DNA of 64,000 bases from Euglena gracilis (taxonomy: Eukaryota), in NCBI GenBank assembly GCA_039621445.1, contig CP154954.1, positions 47,719,847 through 47,783,846 of the forward strand, read 5' to 3'. Made by a program: the position numbers and the translations under genes. The notes under the pieces were generated by a model. It made no database searches. It saw nothing but the letters and a program-made list of their open reading frames with translations, and was not told where the DNA came from. Of this stretch, positions 25,738-38,843 are shown in pieces (position 1 is the stretch's first letter; each line of letters starts with the position of its first letter).

Positions 25738-26051
25738 GTCTGTGGGCTGTGGTCAACCAGACCAAGGGGCAGGCCATGGGCAAAGTGCAAATCTCTGCAT
25801 GTGCACCCCTCAAACGATGCTTCTTTTCGTTGCGCAAGTTCGAGATTGAGTTCAAGTTTGAGAACGAGAATCCCGAGTAAGGTGACCAGAACAGACCCAA
25901 AAAAAAGCCTGGGTCTTTCCATTTTGGGGAGGTTTACAATTATGGTTCTGCTTCATCTGCCTTTATCTGCCACGTTGAGCCACGGAGGGCAATCAATGAA
26001 ATATAACACCAAAAATACAATATATGTACAAATATATTAATAATATAAATA

Positions 26052-26292
26052 TATAAATGGCGGGGGTGAACTTGTGGCCCCCCCTACACCCTTATTTGAA
26101 GGAGTAGGGTTAGGTGCGCACATGCTAATTTGCGCTAATTGGCTATGTTGCGCTAATTGGCTATGTTGCGCAACATGGCTACGTTGCGCAACGTAGCCAG
26201 GTAGCGCAAATTAGCATGTGCGCACCTAACCCTACTCCTTCAAATAAGGGGGGTGTAGGGGGGGGGGCCACAAGTTCACCCCCGCCATATAA
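26052..26292. repeat. Long near-perfect palindrome (foldback/MITE-like)
   Basis: Arms of ~95 bp (GGCGGGGGTGAACTTGTGG...TGCTAATTTGCGCTA and its reverse complement) around a short internally repeated spacer. Confidence 0.85.
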
Positions 26293-29200
26293 ATGTAACG
26301 TAACAAGCATCCCCCAAATAGAAGCCCCCCTCCCCCCCATCGGGTATCCCACCAAAATTCAAATAAGCCAAAAATTGAGAGAAAACTCGAAATATTTGCC
26401 GAAAGCAGGTGGACTTCGAGAAAAAAATTGTATCTGGCATCCTTGACCATCGCCCACCCACCCAAAACATGTGTTTTTCGGCCATTCGAGAAAATTTTTG
26501 AGCTTTTCCATTTTTTTTTTTTGCACACGTGTGATGATCACCCTTTTCACCTGAAATGTAGATATGCGCATTTGCATACAGGTGTGCGTCCCAGTGGAGG
26601 TGCACACATGCGAGAACCGCCCTTGCCAATCACACCGGCAAGCTAAATGGGGGCCTCACCCATCACTTTCTAAATCCAACACCCCCTGGTCCACAGGCGC
26701 ATATGCGCGCGCCTCATGTCCCAGCGTTTTGCACTGACGTTCAACATCGGGGCCTGGAGACACCACGGGACGGCTTGCACAAAGCACCGCAACCATCTCC
26801 TCACCCTGGCCATGCCCACAGGGCCGGAGGCTGCAATCCTCTCTGGCAACAGCCCCAGATCGTGTGCGAATCCGCATGCTCGTTGTGTTCAAACAGGAAA
26901 ATGTGCGCATGTGGATTCTGGATTGGATCGAGGGATTGGCTGGAGGGGCACACTCGGCATATCCCACTTCAAACCAGCGGCTGGGGGTTTCCTCATCTGT
27001 CTTCGCAACCATGTGCAGATACACCTGTCAGCACGTGCCAGCGCCTGTACCACATTAGGGATCACGCATCTCCTCCCGCAATCAGGTGCACACGGCATCT
27101 CCCAGTGCTGTAGCACACCACCAGCCCCACTACCGCACGCATGTCCAAAATAGCCCTTCCCAGCCATCCGTATACCCTCTCCTCTGAGGCCCCAAGGCTC
27201 CCATGCTCCAACCCAACGGGACCTTGCACAGCACACCCCACGTCTTGCACTGGTGCAGCGACACCAAAACCGGCCCGTTTTTGGAAACGAAAGCTTTCCC
27301 TCAGAGACCCCCAATCAGGCGCACATGCGCACGACCCCGGCTGCTGAAGACCCCTCTTCTGTGGTCAATGCATGGCCCTCAGCCACCGGGGTTTCAAAGC
27401 TGAGCCACAAATGATTTTCCAATTTCATTTTCGCTGGCCGACGTTTCAAAGACGAGCCATGAAAACCTTTTCAACGTGTCAAAACAATGTGTTCGGACCC
27501 CACTTCTCGAGGTTCAAACCCGGAGACATTCAAGCCATGCTTGGGTTGCACGTCCGTAGGTTGCGGATGGTCGGAGTTTCAAACCTGGCAAACTGAATGT
27601 TGCAAATTCGCGCGCATTCGCCTGAATCGGCCCTCCAGTAATTTGCGGCTGTTCAAGACGCTCAGGCACCCATGGTCACTTCCCATTTGGGTTCTCTGGC
27701 CCTGGTCGGCTCCGGTTGGCAAATAGTCGGCCATAGGAGGGGGGTTATGCCAATCAAAAAAATAGGCACATACACAACACACAACCATGCAATGCTCTTT
27801 TATGAACTTTCACCCAGTTTTGGCCATTTTTGCCAACTTTGGTCACATTTGGACACATTTGGGCGGCTTCTGGTCACTTTTGCCTGCTTTTGGCCGCTTT
27901 TGGCATTTTCCCCACTTTAGGCTGCCATAAGCCGTGTTTGGTTGCTTTGAAATACCTTTGAGTGCTCCTGGTTTTGTTTGTTGGCTTCTGACTTCTCTTG
28001 ATTGCCTTTGGCAACTTTTGGTAAAATTTGGCTTTCTTCCCACTTTTGGCCATTTTAGGTCGCTTCTACTGCTTCATGGTCACTTTTGGTCACCGTTGAC
28101 TGCTTTTGGCCACTTTTGGCTTTGGCTTTTTGGTGTCTTTTACCCACTTTTTACCCACTTGAGGCTGCTTCTGCTGCTCTTTGGCCACTTTTGCCCACTT
28201 GAGGATACTTCTGCTGCTTTTTGCCCACTTGACCCACTTCAAGCTGCTTCTGTTGCTTTATGGCCACCTTTTGGTCACTATTGACCACTCGAGGCTGGTC
28301 TGATGACTGTTGGTAACCTTTGGTAACTTTCGACTGCTTTTTGTCACCTTTGACTGTCATTTTTGGTTACTTCTTTCTCCTCAGCCTGTGGAAGTGGACA
28401 AAAATGGGCAAAGATTGCCAAAAAGTAGTCAAAAGTGGGCAAAGGTGGTCAAAAGGGGGAATGGGCAATGGTGGCAAAAATGGCCAAAAACTGCCGGCCA
28501 GGGAAAACCTTGTCCATCATTTGCCATGAGCATTATCGGCTGACAAAAGCAAAGTCAGCCCTGGTCGGCCCTGGTCGGCCCTGGTGGAACCCCCACCCAC
28601 CTATGAGGGTCCTGAAAACCATAATCCATAATCGGCCTTGGTCGCTCCCGGTCGGCCCTGGTCAGCTCTGGTCTGCCGTTGGTGCCTGGACGCTGGGTGC
28701 CTGGACGCCAGGCCCTGTCCTTCATCGCTAGGCCCTGCACTTTTAACACCACGATCTGCACTTATTTGCTCGGCCCTGGACTTTGTTTTTGTTGGGCATT
28801 ACAAAAGGATAAATGCTGTAAAACATGCTGGAATTATCGCTTCAAAATGTGGGAATTTTGGGGGATTGACTTCGGGTGGGCAAATGAAACTTCTGGGACC
28901 TAAAACGTTGTCCTTTAAAACCACCCTGAGGGTCTTGAAATCACGCCCAAATACATACACTAAACCCGGGTGGTCTGCCCTGTAGGTTCTCTTTGGACTT
29001 GCGCTTCAAAATGCTCATGGTGTCACCTCGAGGGCTCCTTGGGCGTGCTGCCGCCTGTTGATGTCTGCCAGCCTGCCCAACGGAGGCTTCCCTGCCCCAT
29101 CTCATCACTGGTGGACGCAGGCAAGAGCTCGAAGACGAAGGCGCTGGCGAGGACGTCGCGAGGCGGGGCCGACGGCCGTCGGGCCCTGGGGCCACCCAAG

Positions 29201-29587
29201 GTGACCCGCACAACAGAGGGGAGAGGGGGGCGTCGTGCGGGGCTGAGTGCCCAGCCCGCAGACAGCCACGGGGAAAGGAGAGGGGTGGCCAGGGGCAAGC
29301 ACCTATAATTAAGCCCAAAAATTTCCCCATTTTAGGCCATTTTAGGCTTGAAACTCAGAAAAAAATAAGCACATGGAAACTGAAGAAATCCTCAAACCTT
29401 GTATTGTGTTCAAAGTGTAATCCCACGCTTCACTAATCTGGACGCTTTACATTGTTTGCAAAAGCAAAGTAACGTGGAAACAACCTTGTTCAGTTTGGTT
29501 CATCAGAAGAAACAACTCACACGTCCAATTTCAGCGTGATGACAATCACACCATTCCTTCTTCAATGATATTTGATTTGTTTAGAAG

Positions 29588-30454
29588 CAGGGTTTCCCAC
29601 AAATTCTAGGGACCCTCAATTCTGCTTCGTGATTATTCGTGATTATTCGTGATTATTCGTGCTACCCAAAAATCGCCCGGTTTTTTTTTTACTGAACCTG
29701 CCCAGAAAACCAATGCACACTCCTCATCCAATTGTGTATCACCTCCAATGGCAGAAACATAAAAAACGAAACTCTATGACCACCGAAATTGGACAACAAT
29801 ATTGAACATAAAGCAAAGCTGCAGACAGAAAGTGACAATGACAATAACAAGTGAAAATGACGTTGTTGCTGACGCGTGTGGTGTTGCATTGTGCAGTGTT
29901 TTGTTGCACGGTGTGCTGTCCATGGGCAGAAAGGGTCAGATGACATGTTGAACAAAGAAGTGCTGCTCAACATCACCATTGCAGAGCATCATGACAGCGG
30001 CTTGATGCAATGTCTTCCACACACTTCGGTTTGAAAGCTTGGAACATTGCCCAACCCACTAACACAATCGCAAAAGTCAAAAATGAAACAAAATGCACCA
30101 CATCTCCATGCCTCTGGTTTCCATAACGTCGCGGAACTATGAGGTGAAATGAAGCAAAGAGTTGAAACAATAGAGTTGGGGATGGCACTGAGCAGCACAC
30201 TTCTGGGCCGTCGTCATATTTCCACCCCATTTCCGTGTTCGTTTCCCTTTTAAAGAGAATTGCTCCTTGATTGAGGCGTCATTCTCAGATGAAGACATTC
30301 TGCAGTGAGAACAAAAACTGTTCCAGGTCGTTTGTGGAAATTCGTGATTATTCATGATTATTCGTGATTATTCTTGATTTTGGAAAATCCCCAAATTCGT
30401 GCTGGTTCGTGATTATTCGTGATTATTCGTGGCACGAATTTGTGGGAAACCCTG
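29588..30454. mobile_element. Non-autonomous DNA transposon with 19-bp perfect TIRs
   Basis: TIR CAGGGTTTCCCACAAATTC at both ends; flanks TTAGAAG/TTAGAAA (7 bp, one mismatch); tandem TTCGTGATTA subterminal repeats near both ends. Confidence 0.85.
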
Positions 30455-32073
30455 TTAGAAATCAAATGCGGCGAGTCGATAACACTTTTTTGTTCATCAT
30501 AATTTGGAAATCCAAGGAGGTTGTTTAAAACGTTTACTTGCCTTCAAAACATGCGGAAACTCTCAAAAAAAAACAACAAAAAGAACTTTAATTATGTCTT
30601 TTTTTGTTGCCATCCTTGTCTTTTTGCACGAAATCCACCCGTTCCTCCTCCACCAAATCCACTGTTCACCGTCCTCATTAACAAAAGACACCGAAAGTCA
30701 TAACCTGAGTGGCTTCAATTGTTCACAAAAAAAATTGCAACAGAATCATGCAACTGAATTTTCCCCATTTTAGGCCATTTTAGGCCATTTTAGGCCATGT
30801 TAGGCCATTTTAGGGACCCCCACCTATAGGGGGTCAAAAAGTCATTTTGGGCCATTTTGGCCATTTTAGGCCATTTTTGCTAGGTGCTTGGCCGGGGGTG
30901 TGAGGGTGGGCGGATGTGCCCGGCCGGGGGGGGGGGACGACGATGCGGTAGGCGGCGAGACCATCCCGATGGGATCCCCAAGGTCTCCCATGTTCATCCG
31001 CCTGTGGCAGCTAACCTGCCCAAGTGCATAGAAAACGCTCGCTTGCCACCACGAAAGCATCGCTTCCATCGTACAGGAAAATAAAGGGAAAATAGAAGAA
31101 ATAAATGGATGCCCCCCCTGCAGGTTTCGGCCCACCGAGTGAAACGTCATTACTTCATTTGCTTGTTGAGCAGGGCTTGAACCCTACGGGGAACGCTTTG
31201 GGGCAGGATGGCTTCGGGCTGCGTTGTAGCATAAGCCCCAGGGGCAGGACGCTCCCTGGGGACAGGCAACCACCGGACGGTATGACCCCCTCGGCAAAGA
31301 CGGGAGGACAGGCGACCCATTGGCAGGCCTCCTTCCTCGGCCCAAAACACACCCTATTCTCCCCCCCTATTTACACCCCTATTCAGCTGCGCTGATTTAT
31401 GCTATGTGGGGGGGCATCCAACAAAGCACGCCAAAATATGCAACACAAAAAAATGCAAAGAATGTCAAAAATGCAAAATTGCATGTAACTTCCTTCAGGA
31501 TTATTTTTTTCTGCTGGAGAGGACTTAGATAAATATTTACCTCCTCCGGATTTTTTCCCCACTTTGCAAGGTTTCCTATGCAGGGTGGCGCATGTTTTGG
31601 ACAAATATTTGCATTTTTTTTTCTAACAGGACACATAAAAGCATAAACAGAATTGTGTCTTGGATAATATATGAAAAAAGGCCAAAAAATAATAATAATA
31701 AAAAACAACGAAAAAAGCCACACCAACCACTTCCAAATGGCATGCTTGGTTTGCCCAGTTGCATTCACTTATGTTTCATTACAACTACTGTTATTCCCCG
31801 AGAAAAATCAGAAGAAATTTTCCAAGGTTTTGGATCACATGAAAAAAATGCAAATTCTCCCGAGGTGTAGGCAGTGTTCCTCAGGGAATAGCCGGCACCT
31901 GCCGATGCCCTTGCCTTGGAGGGGGCAGTGCGCATGTGTGTATGTTGTGTGTGTGTGTGTGTGTGTGTGTTGTGTGCCAGTGTGCAAAAAAAAAAGGAAA
32001 CCTGGCCACCTGCAAACCTCGGAGATACAGACTCAGGACATCAAAGCGGGGGTGGTGGAGTGGGGGAGGGGGA

Positions 32074-35000
32074 TCACTTGGCCACGTACCCCGCAGCCTC
32101 CTCCAGGTCAGCCCTGGCCACAGAGGCAGGTGCCGGTGGGCAATGGGCGATCTGGGTGAACTGTATTTTTGCAAAGTTCCATCCGGCCAATCCACATTGC
32201 TCAGCGGCCTTCAAGGCGGAAGAAAGAAAACTCAAAACAGGCCGGCAAACAAACCGGCCACAAAATTGAAAAGTACCACCCCGTGTTTGCTTGTTTTCCT
32301 TGGCCTTTTCATAAACTTCTCCGTGGGCTTTTCTACTTCTTCTTTTGCTAGGTTTCGTCGTGGGATGTCAAACCAAACTCTGGTCTTGCAGGGCTCAGCC
32401 TTGTTGGCTTCCATTTGGGGTTTGCCACCAGACGAGAGGCTGAATTATTTGCCTTCAAGCTGTGGCGTCACACAGCAAGGCTGACGGACGCACAAAGGTG
32501 GTAGAAAAAACACATGCACACCCCCTACAACAAATAGGCAACCCAGACCCCCCCCCCCACGAAAGTTTGTTCTGTTCCCCGCTTGGCCACCCCGACCAAC
32601 TCCACAGCTCCATCCGTCCGACGACGGACGACCCCGGCGGCCGGCCCCTGCCCGGTGGTGGGGCCGAAGAGGGACGGCAGCCCGTCGGCGCGGGCCTCGT
32701 AGTACGTGCCGAGGGCGGAGGACCTGCGGTGGCTGCGGTCGAGGGCGAAGTCCCCGTCGTCGTCCAGGAGACCCATTTCGCGGGCCCGCAGCTTGGACCG
32801 GCCCCACGCCCCAGCGCGGGCCGCCGGGGGGCAGCAACCTCCCGGCACACCCCCGGCGACCTCTGCGGAACGGGGGGGGGGTGGGGGAGAGGCGACGGGG
32901 CGACGCGGGACACCGTTCCAGACACCGTTCCACACACAGTTCGGGACACCGTTCAGGACATGGTTCGAAACACGGTTCAGGACACCGTTCCGCAATGTGC
33001 CGGGAGGTTGCTGCCCCCCCCCCCCCCCCGGGGGGGCGCACGGGAATGGGATTGTTGGTTGCCCTTCTTCTGGTTGGCGGCGGCTGACTTGGAAGGTGCG
33101 GTGAGCCACACCTGGACAAAGCAACCTCCAACGTGTCGAAGCTTGAGCAGCACATCAAATCTGATGACAGCTTCTCAATATGGGAAGAGCTGAAGCTCAA
33201 CCAAACGAAGATTTCAGGGCGGGTGATCGTCTGCCATCAATGGAAACGACAACCCATCCCCAACCAAATTTGGTTCTAAATCCTTTGGAAATTGGGTTCC
33301 ACTTGAGAAATGGATGGTCCCTTTGTGTTTCTCAACCTTGAAACTGTTTCGGAGTCCTCGAGATCTGCCGGCGACAATGCTGAGGCGTGGCTGTGTGTAC
33401 ACCTGCTTGACGAGGGGGATCCGCAGCCCATCCGCCCCAAAAGCCGGGCACAGGGGGCGTTGGACTCCCCCCACCACGCACCTCCCCAGCGGTCAAGAGA
33501 GGGGGAGGTCTGATGGACAAAATGAAGTTTCTCTGCCCACACCCACCTGAACATCTTTTCGGCCTGGAAAAAAATAATTTTCCCGAGGCTGGATTATCTT
33601 CACCGAGAGAAATATGTCGTTGCACATCACCGATCGCCGTCCCCTGGGGGGGGCCCTGCCCGCCGAGGTCGTACACGGAGGGCAGGCCCGGGATGCGGGC
33701 CAACACCTCCACGCTGTCGTCGAGGGCGCAGGTGGGGCTGTGGAAGAGGAACGCGTTGCGCGTCTCCAGCAGGTAGCCCGTCGACGCCCACCCGATGCCG
33801 TTGTATGCCCCGAACGGCCCCGGCGGCTGTCCCCCTCTGGTGGTTGGGTGGTGCCCCCCGCTCTCCTGGACCTCCCCCCCCCCGCCCAAGGGGGGTATTG
33901 GGGCCATACAATTTTTTACCGACCCCCGGGGGGGGAGGGAGGGGGGGGGTCACTCCACTTTTTGAAAAACCAGTCAGTCACTTTTCTTTGGGAAGCCAGT
34001 CAGTCACTACCCCCCCTGGGGGGGGTCGGCCACTCAGGAAAACCAGCCACTTTCCAGTCACTTTAGGCCATTTTAGGCCAAAAAAATTTTCCCGGCGCCT
34101 TCGGCGCCGGGGTCACTCAAGCCACTTTTGCCCACCCCTGGCCGACCCCCCCCCCCCAGGGGGGGAGGGGGTCCGGGAACGGACCTGGTTTTGGTCCGGG
34201 CCCAAAACCAGTCAGTCACTCTGAAAAAACCAGTCAGTCACCCCCCCAGGGGGTGGGACAGTGCTTAAAAAATTGTCTGATTGGGGCTAAGGCCGCCGCA
34301 CAGCACTCCGGTGGTGGTCTTCCCCACAAGGATAGCGGGGCCGCGGTTGTCGACCAACCGGTGGCATCAGAGCCCCCCGCCGCCGTCAGGTGCCGGTGGG
34401 GGTTAGGAATGGCCGCATCCCATGCCACCTGACCTTGTGGGAGGCTGGGGCCACAGTAATGAAAGCCACACAGATGAGAGGGCTGGCAAACTGCGGGGAG
34501 GTCTGGGCGGAAGGCGGCGGCGGACCAGCCATCACGGGTCGCGTCGTACGCGAGGGCGAGGGGCAGGGACTCGAGCCGCGTGCCGGGCATCACCAGACTT
34601 TCATTTAGTGTGCCGCGGCGAAGTTTGCCGCCGCACAAAAATCTTTTCCATGGCGCACGCGGCGCAGAAAAAATTTCCAGCGGCGCATTAAATGCAAGTC
34701 TGGGCAGCACCGTGCGCCGCAGCGCCGCTGTCTCCGCGTCGTCCTCCGGCACTGCCACCGCCACCCCGCCCTCCGGCTCCTCCTCGTACCGTGGCGGCTT
34801 GAAGAGGTCGAAGAGGCTCGCCCGCAGCGGCGCGACGCGGGAGCGGTGGGAACTCAGGGCCTGGGCAGCAGAATCACCCCCCTACCCATCTCCTCGCCGA
34901 TTCTGAAGCTGCAGGAGGTGGAGGTGCAATCCAATAGGCGCGCGGCTATGCTGACTGTCTGGGGGCAGGGGGCTAAATGGCGGAAAAGCAACCTCGTTGG

Positions 35001-36760
35001 ACGGTGCAAGCACCCAAACAAAAAACTGTTGCGCGCTCTGCCGGTGCCGTTGCGTGCGAACGTCTTCACGACTTCCCCAGCAGCTCACGGTAATGCGCGC
35101 GGTGGCGACCCACACCAAGCCACCATCAACCACCGAGCGGCACACTACATACAACTACTGCATACTACGCCCACAAATGGGAAAGAGGCGGCGCTGCAAA
35201 GTGCGAGGGAACGGGCATCGGACCTCCAAAGCCTCTCCTGCCCGGGATGCGTCGCCGGCCAGGGAGAGGCACACCACTGGGTCCGGCTGACGGGTTCGTC
35301 GCCGGCGGCGGAGAAAGGCGGTGGTGAGCGCTGTCAGCAGGAACGCCGCCAGGGAGACCGCCGGCGTTCGGGAGGCGGGCGGTGCGGCCGCCGGGTGTTC
35401 GGCAAGGGCGGGCGTGGAGGAGGCCGCCGGAGGGGGCTGGGCCCAGACCATGCCTCGAGCAGCCGGAAACGCCGCCGGTCCGGCCACGGCGGTACGACTC
35501 CAGAGGGCCCTCGCTCGTTGAGACCGCCTGTTGCGTCGAGGTAGGGCCTGTCCGGACCGCGGCCGGGGCCCCCGCCCTCCGGACTTCCCCATGGGCCCCA
35601 TGCTGCCCTTCAGCGCCCTCCGGTGGGACAAAAGTCGATCCATCACCTCCAATCTTGGTCCGTCAGTCAATAATGACCCTCCTTTGCCCGGAGCAAGGGC
35701 GGGGGATGGGGGCCCCAGTGCCGGGCCCAAACATAGGTGGACCGGGTAACGCCCCACCCTGCCATCTCCCTGTGTAAGACCCCGGTCAACCCTTTGAATC
35801 GGTGGCTCCCAATCCATTGGAGGGGGCCATATTTGTTCCGGGGGTCGGGTTGTTTGTGGCCTTTCCTCTGGGGGAGTCTTGCCTGGTCCCTTTTATTTGC
35901 AATTTCGCTGATAGTCGGCAGGGAGGAGAATTTTTTTGGGGGGGACCTTGGCGGGGGCCGAATGCAACGCAGTGCCCCGGCGACCGGCATGGGAAAGACG
36001 CCCTCCCCTGCCGGCAGCAAGGATCCCGACAAACGGGGCGGGAATGGCGGGAGTGGCGGGGCGGGAGGCAACGTGGGACGGCGCTGGCAAGGGATAGCGT
36101 AATTAATTTGGGCATGTTTGTTCAAAGGTAAATGCCGGTGCTTAAATGTCGAAGAGGATGCAAAAAGCACCAAAAACGGCAAAGCACACACACACACACA
36201 CACACACAGGCAGGAAAGGAAGGTTCCTAACTTGGTGCCTCCTTCAAGCACCTTGGGGGGACAAGGGGGAAAAACGAGTGTCTGGGGGGGGGGACTTCGG
36301 TTGGCCTCTCTCATGCCCGCTTGCATGTAGCCCCAAAGAGTCCCAAATCAGGCTGTTTTTTTTTTACCAACCCCGGGGGGAGGAGGGTCCGGGGTGTCTA
36401 TGAGTGCCTGCCCAGGCAGGCACTACCCCCCCCCCGGGGTCGGATTTCAGGCCCAGGCACAATCCTTTGAAAAAAGGCCATTTTTGGCTCCCCAGCACCA
36501 GGCGCCGGGGTCTGTGCCAGGGCACTTTTGGCCGTGTGCCTCCCCCCCCCCCCGGGGTCAGATCGGGAGTGCCTTGGAGTGACTGCCCAGGCAGGCCCCC
36601 CCCCCCCCCCCGGGGTGGAGTCGGCACCCGACTAAAATACGGCCTGGTCCCAGTCGGCCCAGAAATAGAAAATGGGCTGGCCCTTGGGCCGGAGGAAATG
36701 GCCGGTGGACGGGATGGCCGGCAGGAGGAGGCAGAGGGCCCTGACAGCGATCCCCGGCAT
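32074..36760 (-). CDS. TLDc-domain protein (plant/algal plastid type) with euglenid class I-like presequence; 5' exons uncertain
   Basis: Exons give LAYDATRDGWSAAAFHRLVDNRGPAILVGKT, AYNGIGW...AFLF, GGQGP-AFGADGLRIPL, SSALGTYYEARADGLPSLFG, RADLEEAAGYVAK*. Upstream hydrophobic segment AVSLAAFLLTALTTAFL followed by RRRRR (~35300-35360). Possible signal peptide MPGIAVRALCLLL at 36760. Confidence 0.8.
33905..34279. mobile_element. MITE, GTGACTGACTGG family, hAT-like
   Basis: Termini CATACAATTTTTTA and TAAAAAATTGTCTG; perfect 8-bp TSD ATTGGGGC; reverse-orientation relative of 4593-4951. Confidence 0.85.
36349..36646. mobile_element. MITE, CAGGCTG family
   Basis: Termini CAGGCTGTTTTTT and TAAAATACGGCCTG; flanks GTCCCAAAT/GTCCCAGT; homologous to 48166-48275. 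Confidence 0.7.
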
Positions 36761-38319
36761 CCCGTTGCTGCCTGGCACAGTGTGTGGGGACAAGGCGGGG
36801 GGCTGGGCCTGCGTCTTCCAAACAGATCCAATCAGGCAGCCACCCAGCCGGTCCGGGAAAACGATGCTGACTGGCTGCATGAATCGGGAATCAGTGCCAA
36901 CGGTCCCCTAATTTTGTGGTTGCCCCGTGGGTTAGTGGGGGGGGGGATGAGCACGACTGTCGCACAAGCCACAGGGGGCAAAAGCACTGCGGGTGTCCAA
37001 AACAAGGTTAACCAAGAACTCATCCCACACCACAACACGTTAATCACCCCCCCCCCCAACACCACCAACAAACTGGTCGAAACCTGGGTCAAGCAACCGA
37101 ATGACCACCACCGCTGCGGTCACAGTGGCATAGATGGAGGCAGTGGCTGACATACGGGCGTGTGGAGAGAGCTGCCCCTGTAGTGATGAAGGCACCAGGA
37201 CCCCCCGAAGGGGTGGACCACAAAACACAACCTCTGTCACCCACACGGGGAGGTTATCTCATTGCAGGAGGCCCAACACACAAACGGGCTGACACAGACA
37301 GACGCATGACGGTGGACTGGGTGGGGAGAGATAAATGATGGATTCCTTTGTGTTCCGCTGTAGGGGTGGACCAGAGCAGCAATACCAAATGGAGGCGACC
37401 CTCCCCTGGGCACAACTGTATGGAAAAACGGTTGGTGCTCCCCCCAAAACTGGGAGGTGGGGGAGGTCAGTGTCCCAACCAACCATGACAATTCACAAAA
37501 AGAATCTTCTTCAGTGAAAGCCACAAAAATGAATATGGGGCCCAAAAATTTGCGCCATCCAGGAGGGGGGCACCACCAGCACCAGCATGGGTTGGGCTCA
37601 CATCCACACACCTTTGTGCCCTGCCCCATTTTGAGAGACCCCCAGAGACACCCCAGGCGCCTAATTGATGGGCAGATTAGGTTCGGTGCAAAAGCCAGCC
37701 ATTGTTGGAACGTCAACAGCACCTCAGCTCATGCGAGTGGGGTGGGGTGGGATTGGTGAAAGACTGCAATTGTGGCTGTACCAATGGTGTGATCTTTCCC
37801 AACAGTTTGTCGGGGAACACCACAAAACACGCACCAGAGGTTCCGATGTGATTCCCGGGCGTTCACAAAATGCAAACTATCTTTATCCCCAGTGTAATTC
37901 AACACAAAAGGAACCCAGGAGGGTCTGCAACCCTTGAAAGGACCCGACCCATCCGCCCAGAATGCAGATGTGTGGGGCCACACGTCTCATAAACTGCAGG
38001 CTCGAGGGTCACAGGCATCCGTCCCCCTCTTCAGCGAGAGCAAAAAAGGTTCTTCTTGGCACCTGGCAAGCACAGGGGCCGGAGGCTCCCTGGAGGTGGC
38101 AAGCGGAGGGATCCAAAAACTGGCCATCTGGTCGATGGATTGTACGTGGGATGGCGGCGAGAGGACAAATGATGGAACGACGGCCACCAAACTTCAATTG
38201 CGAAGCATGGAGCCAAAATGAGTTTTCCAATGTCTTCAGTGGTGTGTGCTGAAGCTGTAACTAAACCCTCCCCCCAAATAATACCCCCCCCCCTGGGCCG
38301 GGACTTCGGACGAAAAAAT

Positions 38320-38357
38320 AATATATATATATAATAATACATATATTATATATATAT

Positions 38358-38402
<45 letters not shown>

Positions 38403-38430
38403 ATATATATATATCTATATATATATATAA
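38320..38430. repeat. (TA)n microsatellite
   Basis: Visible directly. Confidence 0.9.
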
Positions 38431-38843
38431 TAATACCCCGGGGGTATTATTTGGGGGTGGTTAGCTGATGTGCAACGCACTGCAAGGGTCAGAATAGGAA
38501 ATTTACAGATGTTCAATTTCCCCCCAGCAAAAACAATATTCACAAACAAAGGAATATTTTTTCTTCGTACACAGTTAAGCGTAAAAATTTATGAAAACCA
38601 AAATTCATGACTTTGATGAAAGTGAGCCACAAACAAACAAACAAGACAAATTTGACGTTAACTCTTTCTGGAAAAAATTGGCACTACCTTCGGATGAAAT
38701 CATTTTTCAGCGTGCTCCTCCGGACTGAAGACAGGGGACATACACTCTCCGCACTAAAATGCCACGATCCAGTCAAAAGAGTTGCACACACCACAGCCCT
38801 GCAGCCTGGAAATCCTGCTGGGGACCCTGAATGGCCGTCTCTA

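Noticed and set aside
25790-25922. Hydrophobic ORF start MERPRLFFGSVLVTLLGIL as a LOG signal peptide
   Set aside because: It is in a different frame from the MSDPK exon and no supportable splice joins them; it cannot be fully excluded.
26650-27350. Possible decayed non-LTR retrotransposon 3' end (Cys/His-rich, minus strand)
   Set aside because: Too degenerate; no intact RT or endonuclease motif visible.
27800-28500. T-rich/A-rich strand-asymmetric low-complexity tract with short ORFs
   Set aside because: Degenerate TTTTGGCCAC-type simple repeats, not coding.
28980-31350. GC-rich exon-like patches (~29000-29200, 30920-31010, 31150-31330)
   Set aside because: Could not be assembled into a recognisable protein.
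36900-38250. Possible degenerate retroelement coding sequence
   Set aside because: Composition is suggestive but no diagnostic motif could be read.
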